Position numbers and translations under genes: made by a program. A stretch of DNA of 64,000 bases from Leucoraja erinacea. Its lineage: Eukaryota. Of this stretch, positions 24,649-36,062 are shown piece after piece; positions within the stretch are counted from its first letter, which is position 1, and each line of letters begins with the position of its first letter. The stretch spans positions 56,358,001 to 56,422,000 of the forward strand of contig NC_073386.1 of assembly GCF_028641065.1 (NCBI RefSeq), written 5' to 3'. The notes beneath the pieces are model-generated. The model made no database searches. It was not told the origin of the DNA and saw only the letters and a list, made by a program, of their open reading frames with translations.

Positions 24649-25791
24649 ATATTTCAATCAATCAATTCAACTCAATTCAATCTCTTCAGCATAACCATAC
24701 ATATTTGATGGTCATGGCAGAAGCCCAGATTCTTGCCCTTGGCTGGTTTGTCAGGCGATTCATCAGGTTATCCCATGTTCATCTTTATTATGGAGTAGGG
24801 GCAGCCAACCTATTGTAACAGTCTCTGGATAAGATAGGTTTATGGAGATATGTGCCAAATGCCATTGTAACTGAGTATGGATAAGATAGATTTAGAGGGA
24901 TATGGGCCAAATGTTATTGTAACAAACTGTGGATAGGATAGGAACAAACAGCTAACAATGGCCTGTTTCCTTTATCATTGTTACTTTTTTTGCATATCTT
25001 TCATTCATTGTTCTTTATCTCTCTACATCATCGCCTATATCTCTCGTTTCCCTTTTCCCTGATTAGTCTGAAGAAGGGTGTCGACCCGAGACGTTACCCA
25101 ATCCTCCTCTCCAGAGATGCTGCCTGTCCCACTGATTTACTCCAGCTTTTTGTATCTATTTTAGGTTTGGAGGGAGGCAGGTGGGACCAGTATAGAGGCA
25201 TCAAAACTCTGCTTCTCGTTATGCATACGTAGTATGGATGGAGGTGATTTAGGAAAGCAGAACTCAAAACCAGGACTAAAGTTAATCCAGCAATTCCTCC
25301 CACAGTTAGTTTTTGCACCTGATCCCAACCTCTGCCGTCACTGTGTCCCCTTCAATACACCTGTTCCAAATATTTCTCGGGGCTTACTGTTCCCAAAGAT
25401 TCTTCCAGACACACTCCATGCATTCCAACTAACTGATCTTATTTACTTCCAAATAGTGAGCAGTGTATGGGAAGATTAAAGTGTCACTTAATTATGGTAT
25501 TATCATCTACAACAGGTTTGTTCTTGATTGGAACATAGAAAAGTACAGAATGTAGGTCCTGGTCTTCTCTCCCCTCCAGCCCTTTAGCTTCCTTCCTCCG
25601 CATAACCCCGACTTTCCGTCTGAAGAAGGGTTTCGCCCATCCTTTCTCTCCAGAGATGCTGCCTGACCTGCTGAGTTACTCCAGCACTTTGTGCTTATCT
25701 TTTTTCTGGAAAAGTACAGCTGAGGAACTGGCTCTTCGGACCACAGTGCCCTTGCCGAACACGATGACAATTTAAATTAATGCGTTGGCGA

Positions 25792-26131
25792 GTGGTGGGA
25801 CTGATGTGTACGTGTGTGGTGGGACTGATGTGTGTGTGGTGGGACTGATGTGTACGTGTGTGGTGGGACTGATGTGTACGTGTGTGGTGGGACTGATGTG
25901 TACGTGTGTGGTGGGACTGATGTGTACGTGTGTGGTGGGACTGATGTGGTGGGACTGATGTGTACGTGTGTGGTGGGACTGATGTGTACGTGTGTGGTGG
26001 GACTGATGTGTACGTGTGTGGTGGGACTGATGTGTACGTGTGGTGGGACTGATGTGTACGAGTGTGGTGGGACTGATGTGTACGTGTGTGGTGGGACTGA
26101 TGTGTACGTGTGTGGTGGGACTGATGTGTAC
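25792..26131 (+). repeat. Minisatellite, 24-bp unit GTGGTGGGACTGATGTGTACGTGT, ~14-15 copies
   Basis: Near-perfect tandem array with a few shortened units. Confidence 0.95.
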
Positions 26132-26185
26132 CCGAATGGTGGGAATTCATTAAAAAATATGGAGAGAATAAAGTTACATTAGATT

Positions 26186-26311
26186 AGAAGGACGGTTTCG
26201 GCCCGAAACGTTACCTATTTCCTTCGCTCCATAGATGCTGCTGCACCCGCTGAGTGTCTCCAGCATTTTTGTGTACCTCTGATTTTCCAGCATCTGCAGT
26301 TCCTTCTTGAA
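26186..26311 (+). mobile_element. Young hammerhead-family short element (5' core altered) with 11-bp flanking duplication
   Basis: TACATTAGATT at 26175-26185 and 26312-26322. Confidence 0.75.
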
Positions 26312-26594
26312 TACATTAGATTCATGCATGATTAGTGTAAATGGGTGGTTGTGGATTTGATGGGCCAAAGGGCCAGCTTCCATGCTATATCTGTCTATGT
26401 ATCGCTCATAGCACAATCCCATACTGAAGCACACACTGGCCCACTTCTGGTCACTGTAGTGGTTTTGGGTACCATGGTACTGTATTCGGAATGCCCACCA
26501 GGGACTGTTATACCATCACCCTAGTTTACACAAAGGCGGGGATGGCTTCAGTGCAACATAACGTAGATGTATACTGTCCATATTACAGCATGGA

Positions 26595-27975
26595 ACAAGA
26601 GCCCAGAGTTAAACATGGCTTAAGTTAAACACTGCTTCAGTTAAACATCACACTAAAGTTAAACAGCGTGCCAGAGTAAACATGAAAGCAGAACTAGGAG
26701 ATGGGAACCCAGCCAGAGATAAATATCCTGCCAATGTTAAATAGGGAGCTAAAACAGTGTCAAAGTTATGCACCTTGACATAGAAACTAAACAGGGAGCT
26801 GACACAACAACAGTGTAACAAGTCAGAATAAACACCTTGACAGTTAAACAGCGTGAAACCACGCCAATGCCAGAGATAAAACTTCATAGGGACTAAGACA
26901 GTGTCAAAGTTATGCACCTTGACATAGAAACTCCACGCCAATGTTAGGTAACTTCATGACAGACATGCACGCACCCTGGTAAACAGTGTGACACAACATG
27001 CCAGTGATAAATACCCTGTCAGAATTAACATTCCGTGACAATGCTAAGCATGGTGATAGATAAACTCCATTCCGTAGTTAAACATGTAAGATAAGCACCA
27101 TGGAATTAAATATAGATACAAAGAAGGGTTCCAACCAGAAACATCACCGGCCCATGTTTTCCAGAGATGCTACTTGACCTGCTGAGTTACCCCAGCACTT
27201 TGTGTCCTGTTTATGGAGTTAAGAATGCCAAGCCTCAGTACCACGAGTTAATCATGACAATCACCATGGTAGAGGGAGCACTGCACCAAGATTTAGCTGG
27301 AAAATTGTTGAACCTGATGCCTGTGGTAATCACTAGGCAGAGCTGATCATAGAGTCATCATCATTTGGACACAGCAAGGCCTGGTGAGAATGCACCTGGA
27401 GTACAGTGTATAGTTCTGGTCTGTTTACCCAAATAAGGTTGCACATCCCACAGATTGGCCAAGATTCACCAGACTGGTTACAACGATGACCCTGCCAGAA
27501 GTTGGCACTGTATCTTTGTTCAAGAACAAGGCACAGTTAAATTCAGGGGGGTGGTAAACGCAGTGCCAGGTTTATACACCAATCTAGAGATAAACAGAAT
27601 GTTGGAGTGAAAGCTCTCCAGACTTTCGATGCGATGCCAGAATGGAACATCGTGCCCAAGATAAACACAGTGCGGAGTCAAGCACCATGCTGGAGGATGC
27701 TTCCACACTTGAGCGTTCAACACTTGAGCTGTACAACACTCCCGAGCTGAATCCGGTGCCAGACCCTTGCCGTCTGCCAGAGTTAAACAGTGTGCCTGGT
27801 TTAAACGTGCCAGCGTCAAGCCTGATGCCAGGGTTAAGCAACTCTGCCAGTGTCGTTCACCTCCCGGCACCAAGCTTTGGTACGGCGTGCCAAGGTTAAA
27901 TATCATTGCAGAGTCCAACATTATGCTGGAGTTAAAACCATGTCAGAGTTGTGCAGAATGCAAATGCTAAACGCT
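26595..27975 (+). repeat. Decayed ~18-bp tandem array (consensus about GTGCCAGAGTTAAACACA); remnants continue at ~31430-31700 and ~32570-33070
   Basis: Recurrent CCAGAGTTAAAC / GTTAAACA motifs at ~18-nt spacing; exact 35-bp duplication at 26754-26788 and 26898-26932. Confidence 0.7.
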
Positions 27976-28034
27976 TCAAGCAGGCCATGCATGAAGGAGG
28001 CCCTACAGGGCACAGGGTCTAAAAGTGATATATA

Positions 28035-29718
28035 TCTATCTATCTAAAACTGTGTGCCTGCCGGCATCCGGCAACCGTCCGTCTGGCAGCCGTCCGTCCG
28101 GCTGCCGGCCGCCTTTCTTCCTTTGATTCCTTGCTACGCCGAAACCAGACACAGAATCGCCGATATTTTTTCCATTTCAGTAGAGATTTCACTTTTCTTT
28201 CTAAGTATCCACTCCTGATTACATTTAGTCGTGTTTATGTACACATTTTTAATCAAATCCTTCTCCTCCCCCCCCCCCCCCAATATTTAAAAAAAAAAAA
28301 CTGGCTTCACCCATAGAAGCAGCCCCAGCCCCTGGTGAACGTTCCATCCTGTGATGTCACAATGCCTGATGCTCACAGATGTCCAATCGGAATGGACCCA
28401 TTTACATATGCCTTTGCAGGAGCCCCAGCCCATGGTGAACGTTCCATTGTGTGATGTCACAATGCCCAATTCTCAAAGACATTCTTGCCATAGAAGGAGT
28501 ACAGAGAAGGTTCACCAGACTGATTCCTGGGATGTCAGGACTTTCATATGAAGAAAGACTTGATAGACTCGGCTTGTACTCGCTAGATTTTAGAAGATTG
28601 AGGGGGGATCTTATAGAAACTTACAAAATTCTTAAGAGGTTGGACAGGCTAGATGCAGGAAGATTGTTCCAGATGTTGGGGAAGTCCAGAACAAGGGGTC
28701 ACAGTTTAAGGATAAGGGGTAAATCTTTTAGGACCGAGATGAGAAAAAAGATTTTCACACAGAGAGTGGTGAATCTCTGGAATTCTCTGCCACAGAAGGT
28801 AGTTGAGGCCAGTTCATTGGCTATATTTAATAGGGAGTTAGATGTGGACCTTGTGGCTAAAGGGATTAGGGGGTATGGAGAGAAGGCAGGTACATGATAC
28901 TAAGTTGGATGATCAGCCATGATCATATTGAAAGGTGGTGCAGGCTCGAATGGCCGAATGGCCTACTCCTGCACTTAATTTCTATGTTTCTATGTTTCCC
29001 TCTCCTCACCCCTCTCCCTCTCTCACCCATCCCTCTCTCCCCCACTCCGCTTCCCTCTCTACCGCCACCCCCTTCCATCTCTCCCTCTCTCCCCCACCAC
29101 CTTCTCCCTACCCCTCTGTCCCTCTTCCACCACTCCCCCTACCCCTCCCTCCCCACTCTTCCACCCCTCGCCCTCTCCCATCCCTCTCTCCCCCTCCCCC
29201 CCTTGCCTCTCTACTACTCCGCCCCCATCCCTCTCTTCCCTCCCCCCGCCCCCTTCCCCTACCCCTCTGTTCCTCTTCCATCACTCCCCCTACCCCCCTC
29301 TCCTCCTCCCTCCCCACTCCTCCCCACTTTTCTCCCCCCTTCCCCCTCCACCCCCTACCCTCCCTCCCCCCTCTCTGTTTCCCCTCTTCCCCCCACCCCC
29401 CCCCCCCACCTGTGTCTTTCCCCCTGCCCCTCCCCCCCCCCCCCCCCCCCCCCTCCCCATCCCCCCTCCCCCACATCTCTCTCTCCCATCCCCCTCTCTC
29501 AACCCCCTACCCCGCTCTCCTTTCCCTCCCAAATCTGTCCCGTTTCCTCCTCCTTCTCTCCCCTCCCTCCCCCTCCCCTCTTCTCACCCCCCCTCCCCCC
29601 ACCTGTGTGTTAGGGGGGGGTTAATGTGAATGTGATGCCCCACAGCCCCCCCCCCCCCCCCCCCCCCCCCGCAAACGCCATTGGGGAAACAGACCCAACG
29701 GGTCTGCACTTGGTCTAG
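28035..29718 (+). mobile_element. Non-autonomous Helitron containing a nested CR1 3' fragment and a polypyrimidine tract
   Basis: A|TCTATCTATCTAAAA 5' end; hairpin CAGACCC-AAC-GGGTCTG (29690-29706); CTAG|T at 29715-29718; termini related to 4702-5330. Confidence 0.78.
28472..28997 (+). mobile_element. CR1 LINE 3' fragment nested in the Helitron
   Basis: Open ORF2 C-terminus KDILAIEGVQRRFTRLIPG...FTQRVVNLWNSLP plus 3' UTR and (TTTCTATG)n tail. Confidence 0.9.
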
Positions 29719-30329
29719 TATATGATATTGCTCACCTCCTTAGGCCAAGATCACACATTGTAAGTTGCAAGATGGCACCGGAACATGGCGACTCTCTGTG
29801 TGCTGTCCCAGAAGGGTCATGTGTGGTAAGATTTGACCGGATAGTATGCAGAACAAGCTTTTTACTGTATCTCTGTACACGTGACAATAAACAAGCAAAC
29901 TAACTAATTATGTGTAGGAAGGAACTGCAGATGCAAGTTTACACCGAAAACAGACACACATTTCTGGAGTAAATCAGCGGGTCAGGCAGCATTTCTGGAG
30001 AGAAGGAATAAATGCCGTTTTGGGTCGAGACCCTTCTTCGGATTCACAAATTAGATATATATCATCCCACAACCATACAGCAAGCTAGAGATGGACTCTG
30101 TGTCAGTATTAAACATTAAGCTACCTGGATACGAGAGGTTTATACCAAATGGGATGAGCTTATATGGAGCATCTTTGTCAGCATGGACGAGGTGGGCTGA
30201 AGGGCCTGTTTCCATGCTGTATGACTCCATGAAATACACACTATCCTCAAACTAAACAACAAGCACGAGTCAAAGATAATGTCATGGTTAACGCCATTCC
30301 CTGAAAATGGTGTGACAGGAGGGAAGGAT

Positions 30330-31143
30330 GGTCAAGAAGGCTTTTGCACATTGGCATCAATCAGGATATTGAGTATAGAAGATAGATTAAAAAAGCTGGA
30401 GTAACTCAGCGGGACAGGCAGCATCTCTGGAGAGAAGGAATGGGTGATGTTTCTGGTCGAGACACTGCTTCAGGGTCTCGACCCAAAACATCACCCATTC
30501 AGAGATGCTGCCTGAGTTACCGAGCTAGCTGAGTTACTCCAGCTTTTTGTGTCTATCTTCGGTTTAAACCAGCATCTGCCGTTCCTTCCTACATTTTGAG
30601 TACAGAAATTGAGAGGTTATGTTACAGTTGTACAAGAGGCCACATTTGGAATATTCTGTTCAAAATCCTGTTAAGAGGAAAGATGTTGTTAAGCTGGAGA
30701 GAGTGCAGAGATAATTTATGAGGATATTGACAGCAATTGAGGACTTGAGCAATGGGGAGAGGTTGGGCAGCTTGGACTTTATTCCTTATAGTGCAGGAGG
30801 CTGATCTTGTAGAGATGTATAAGATAATGAGGGAAATAGATAGTGTTGATGCACAGTATCTTTTACTCAGAGGAATCAAGAACTTGAGGTCATGTTTAAG
30901 GTGAGAGAGGTAAGAGGTAAGAACTTGAGGGGCAGCTTTTTCACACAGAACGTGGTGGATATATGGAACGGAGGAGGTAATTGAAGCAGGTACGATAATA
31001 ACATTTTAAAGTAATTGGATGGGTACACGGTTAGGAAAGGTTGAGAGGGATATGGGCTAAACGCAAGCAGGTGGGACTAGTATAGATTGGGCATCTTGGT
31101 TGGAATGAGCGAAGGGCCTGTTCCCACGCTGTATGACTCTATG
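30330..31143 (+). mobile_element. Old CR1 fragment interrupted by an inverted-pair hammerhead-family element (~30380-30595)
   Basis: CR1 remnants on both sides; TTGAGTA(T/C)AGAA recurs on both flanks of the insert. Confidence 0.7.
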
Positions 31144-31400
31144 ACCAATCCTATGTTTCACATCCTGATTGAATTGATCTCCACGTCAGTGCTTCGAAGG
31201 CAAGAGTTCAACATTGTGCTGAGCTTACACATCCTGACCATTTACAGCCTGCCAGGGTCAAACCCCCATACTTCAGAGTTCAGCACCTGGCCAGTTAAAC
31301 AGCTGCAAAGAGACACAGAGATGTATTTCTACAACGAAAGACACAGTGTACTGGAGTAACTCAGCGGCTCAGGCAGCATCTCTGGAGAACATGGATAGGT

Positions 31401-31428
31401 GACGTTTCGGGTCGGGACCCTTCTTCAG
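31401..31428 (-). ncRNA. Minimal type I hammerhead ribozyme-like core (best-preserved copy)
   Basis: CUGAAGA-A-GGGU(CCCG)ACCC-GAAAC-GUC. Catalytic boxes are intact, helix III is reduced to palindromic ACGU and helix I is weak. Activity is untested. Confidence 0.55.
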
Positions 31429-31724
31429 ACAGCATATCAGAGGCCAGCAGCAAGTCAGAGTCAAAGATAGTGCAAAGATATCTTTGCACTTTGTACACCA
31501 TACCAGAGCTAAATAACAGGCCGGGGTTTAGCAACAAGCCAGAGTTAAACACCTTTCCCGATTTAAAGATGCCATCGCTGTTAAAAAGCCAGTCAGAGGT
31601 AAAATCAGTGCCAGGGCCAGACACTCTGCCCATGCATGCACATTGCCATAGGTCAGCATCAGACCGGAGGTACCCAGTCATCCTGAATTAGTCACCATGC
31701 TGGTGCTAATTCAAGCTAATGTAA

Positions 31725-32336
31725 TGTTGGCCTTCATAACAAGAGGATTTCAATAAAGAGGTTATTCTGCAGTTGTATAGGGCTCTGGTGAGACCACATC
31801 TAGAGTATTGTGTACTGTTTTGGTCTAATTTGAGGAAGGACATCCTTGTGATTGAGGCAGTGCAGCATAGGTTCACGAGATTGATCCCTGGGATGGCGGG
31901 AGTGTCATATGAGGAAATATTGAAAAGACTAGGCGTTTAAAAGGATGAGGGGGATCTTATAGAAACATAAAATTATAAAAGGATTGGACAAGGTAGATGC
32001 AGGAAAAATGTTCCCAATGTTGGGCGAGTCCAGAACTAGGGGCCGCAGTCTAAGAATAAAGGGGAGGTCATTTAAGACTGAGGTGAGAAAAAACTTTTTC
32101 ACCCAGAGTTGTGAATTTATGGAATTCCCTGCCACAGAGGGCAGTGGAGGCCAAGTCACTGGATGGATTTAAAAGAGAGTTAATAGAGCTCGAGGGGCTA
32201 GTGGAGTCAAGGGATATGGTGAGAAGGCAGGCACGGGTTATTGATAGGGGACGATCAGCCATGATCACAATGAATGGCGATGCTGGCTCGAAGGGCCGAA
32301 TGACCTCCTCCTGCACCTATTTTCTATGTTTCTATG
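31725..32336 (+). mobile_element. CR1 LINE 3' fragment
   Basis: Frameshifted ORF2 C-terminus, 3' UTR and TTTCTATG tail. Confidence 0.88.
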
Positions 32337-32562
32337 CTGCTGCTTCACAGCGCCACACACTGGGCTTCCAACCTGACCTCAGCTGCTGCCTGTGTGATGT
32401 TTGCACGTTCTCCTCGTGACCGCGTGGGTTTCTCTCGGGTGCTCCGGTTTCCTCCCACATCCCAAAGGCGTGCAGGTTTGCAGGGTAATAGTGTGTAGGG
32501 AGTGGATGAGAAAGTGAGATAACATAGAACGCCTGATGGGCTTGTTTTCACGCTGTATCTCT
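32337..32562 (+). mobile_element. V-SINE (partial)
   Basis: V-domain GCGTGGGTTTCTCTCGGGTGCTCCGGTTTCCTCCCACATCCCAAAG. Confidence 0.72.
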
Positions 32563-33826
32563 TGATAGTAGTCACAATGCCAGTGTTAAACAGTCTGCCA
32601 CAGTTGGTCACAATGTCAGTGTTTAGTTTTGCTTAATCTGGTTTAGTTTAGTTTAGTGCCGCATTGCAGACCATACCAGTGTCTGTTTAGTTTAGTGCCA
32701 CCACCCTGTTAGAGACCATGCATTAAGGACCATGTCTGTGTTTAGTTTACTTTATTGCCACCACTCTTAGAGATCATGCGTTAAAGACCATGCCCGCCAA
32801 AAGCACCTTGCCAAAAGTTCAGCACTTGAACAGAGTTACACACGGCGGCTGTGTTAAATAAACAAGGTGGGGGGCAGGATTCCACAATGCACATCGTTTA
32901 ATGATGTGCCTAAATTAAGAAGATAGTATATTTAAACCCTGGGTGGTTTATGCGCTGTGGCAGAGTTAAACGCCTGGAGATGTACACAGTGCCAGAGTCA
33001 GATATATACGCCAGTCCCATCCCCGTTAGCGGGAGGCCAGTGTTTGTTAACCAGCGCCAGGCTCCGGCAAAATGACAGAAGGATACATACAGCGACTGGT
33101 TACAAACAGCAACGCACGCGAGTTCTGCAGGAACCCCTTCTTCACACCTCTGACTTCTCACTCCCCTGACTCTCAGCCTGAAGAAATGTCTCGACCCGAA
33201 GCGTCACCCATCCCTTCCCTCCAGAGATGCTGCCTGTCCCGCTGAGTTACTCCTGCATCTTGTGTCTATCTGCAGGAACTGAGGTTGTCCACCGCGGTGT
33301 TAAATACAACAGCAACACTCTGGAAATGGATACCACAATGCAATACGGTTTTTTGTCACATTGCACATAAAGTGCAAGTGACATGAATAAACTCGAGAGA
33401 CATGGGAGATATAGATCGCAACGGATTTATAAATGCGCCGCGTCCGAATTACGCGCCTAAAATGGAACCAAAAATAGTTACGTCGAGTTATTCAATGCCA
33501 CACAAGGGCTGTGCGTCAAATAAAATGGTTTTGTTTAATGATACAGCGTGGAAACAGGTCCTTCAGCCCACCGAGTCTGCGTTCACCCCTAGTTCACCTA
33601 ACCAGCTTCTGGGAGCTTGAAGCAGAGTTGGCACATGTACCAATGCCAATGCTCTCTTCACACACTCACAGTCTGAGGAAAGATCAATTCCCATATTTCC
33701 ACTTAGCTATAAAAGATGGGAAATATTTGGATGGATTAAAGATGGATATTTCCTAATTGGAATAAACTGGAATAATTCCTCATTGGAATAAAAGTGATCA
33801 AATCTCTGAGAGACTTTAAAGTTTCT

Positions 33827-34826
33827 TTTTTTTTGTTTTTTTTTTTTTGTTTATTTTATTAGAAGTTAATACAGCACAAAACAGTACAGTGGCGCCTAAT
33901 TTTAGGTGCCAACTATGTAATACCGTAATCCATTCTATGTACAACCTCTAGTTTTATGTTATAAGAAAAAAGTAAGCAGATCAAGAAAAAGAAAGCAATA
34001 GAAAGGGGAAAAAGTGGAAAAATAGATGGTAGAGAGTAGAAAAACGTGAAGTGTGTATATAAAAAAATAAAAAAAGGAAGAGAGAAAGAGGAGAGTAGAA
34101 ATAGAAGGGAAGGCCCCTTAAAAGAGAATTTTTCAAATCTGTATTCGGAGATGTAGATCTATCCGCGTCATGAACTGAAATCAGCAATCTTTACGGTACC
34201 GCTGCATCACATGATTCCAAAAAGTCAATGAAAGGAGACCAACTCTTTAAGAATTGGTCATATTTATCTATTAGTCGGAGTCTCATTTCTTCAAGGCGTG
34301 CTATGTCCATCATATTCCTAATCCACATTTTAACAGTTGGTGTGGTTGTACTTTTCCAAAATTTAAGTATCAATTTCTTTCCAATTATTAACCCATAATT
34401 AAACAAAACATTTTGATCTTTATTTAAATTGGTATCTTCTCCTATTATTCCAAATATAATCCATTCCGTTTTGGGTTCTATTCTTGACTTGAAAATCTTT
34501 GTAAATATATCAAATATATCACTCCAAAATTTATTCAACTTTGTACATCCAACAAATGAGTGTGTTATATTAGCGTTTTGAAACAAACATTTATCGCATC
34601 TGGGAGAGACGTTTGGATAAAATTTGTTCAACCTCGTTTTTGAATAATATAGTCTATGTAATAATTTGAATTGAATTAAATTGTGTCTTGCATTAATAGA
34701 ACAGTTATGTGTGTTCATCAAGTATTTTTCCCATCTATCCTTCGAGATCTTTGTCATTAGCTCTTGTTCCCAATCTTCCCTTAATGCTTCTGTTGAGGGT
34801 GATTCTCTATTTAATATATTATTGTA
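33827..34826 (-). mobile_element. Young 5'-truncated L1-clade LINE, 1.0 kb, with poly(A) tail and 9-bp TSD
   Basis: Uninterrupted frame 34826-34191 (IQFKLLHRLY...CDKC...H...C zinc knuckle); AATAAA and poly(A) at the left end; AAAGTTTCT at 33818-33826 and 34827-34835. Confidence 0.92.
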
Positions 34827-34869
34827 AAAGTTTCTGAAGCAACGTTTTCAAATTTGAACTTTTTTAATG

Positions 34870-35160
34870 TTTAGAGTTTGGAGATATAGCATGGAAACAG
34901 GCCATTCGGCCCACCGAGATCATACTGACCCTCTATCACTCGTTCAAACCAGTTATCCCAATTTCTCATCCACTCCCCACACACTGGGGCAATTCATAGA
35001 GGATAAATTAACCAACAAACCCGCACGTCTTTATGATGTGGGAGAAAAACGGAGTACCCGGGAGAAACCCACGCGGTCACAGGGAGAAGGTGCAAACTCC
35101 ACAAGGACAGCACCCGAGGTCAGGGTGGAACCCGGGTCTCTGGTGCTGTGAGGCAGCTTC
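34870..35160 (-). mobile_element. V-SINE (HE1-like)
   Basis: Reverse V-domain and tail. Confidence 0.78.
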
Positions 35161-35707
35161 CAACCAGCGCCAGGATTGTTCACCACGTTGGGTAATGTGC
35201 TAACGGAGTCGCCCATCTGGCGGGCTGGAGCAGGTAACGCTGTGGGTCAGATCTGCACTCAATATTTCAGCACCACTGCGGCCTGGGCGATGCACAAAGT
35301 ACAGGAGCCGCTGGTGCCCGGCGCCACCCCACCGCCTCGCCCCACAGCCCAATATTTCCACGTGAGCCGCTCGGCCTCGAAGTAGAAGCAGGATGTCCTC
35401 AGTGTATAAGGAACTGCAAGCGCTGCGTTATGCCGATCGATACATAGTACTGGAGTAACTCAGCGAGTCAGGCAGCATTGGGTGACGTTTCGGGTCGAGA
35501 TCCTTCTTCAGACACCTCCGAACACAGATATCCTACAGATGTGCTCTGTGCCTGGAGCCAACTCCCAGACTAGTCCTCCCGCCAACTTCACACCCCGGCC
35601 TCCTTCCTGGTCCCCAAAGGCCAATTGATAAGAGCAGAGACACTCGTCTTCCTGGTCTTTACTGAACCCGATCCCTGTCCCCACACCAACCGCAAACATT
35701 GATCAGC

Positions 35708-36062
35708 ATAGAAACATAGCTAGATAAAAAAATAGGTGCAGTAGGCCATTCAGCCAGCACTGCCATTCAATGTGATCATGGCTGATCATCCACAATATGT
35801 ACCACGCTGCTGCTTTCTCCCCATATCCATTGATTCCGTTAGCCCGAAGAGCTAAATCTAACTCTCTTAAAAACATCCAGTGAATCGGCCACTGCCTTCA
35901 GTGGCAGAGAATTCCACAGATTCACAACTCTCTGGGTAAAAACGTTTTTCCTCATCTCAGCCCTAAATGGCCTGCCACTTATTCTTGAGCTGTAACTTCT
36001 GGTTCTAGACTCCCCCAACATCGGGAAATTTTTTCCTGCATCTAGCCTGTCCAATCCCTTAA
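35708..36062 (-). mobile_element. CR1 3' fragment
   Basis: KGLDRLDAGKNFPMLGESRTR...FTQRVVNLWNSLP plus 3' UTR. Confidence 0.87.

Noticed and set aside
25695-26182. Repetitive ORFs (HQSHHTRT / CGGTDVYV) and a CRISPR-like appearance
   Set aside because: Pure 24-bp tandem repeat with no unique spacers, in a vertebrate genome.
28894-29624. Long proline-rich ORFs (239 aa and 229 aa) and Gly/Arg-rich antisense ORFs
   Set aside because: These are translations of a C/T low-complexity tract and a CR1 3' UTR inside a Helitron; they are open in several frames only because of composition.
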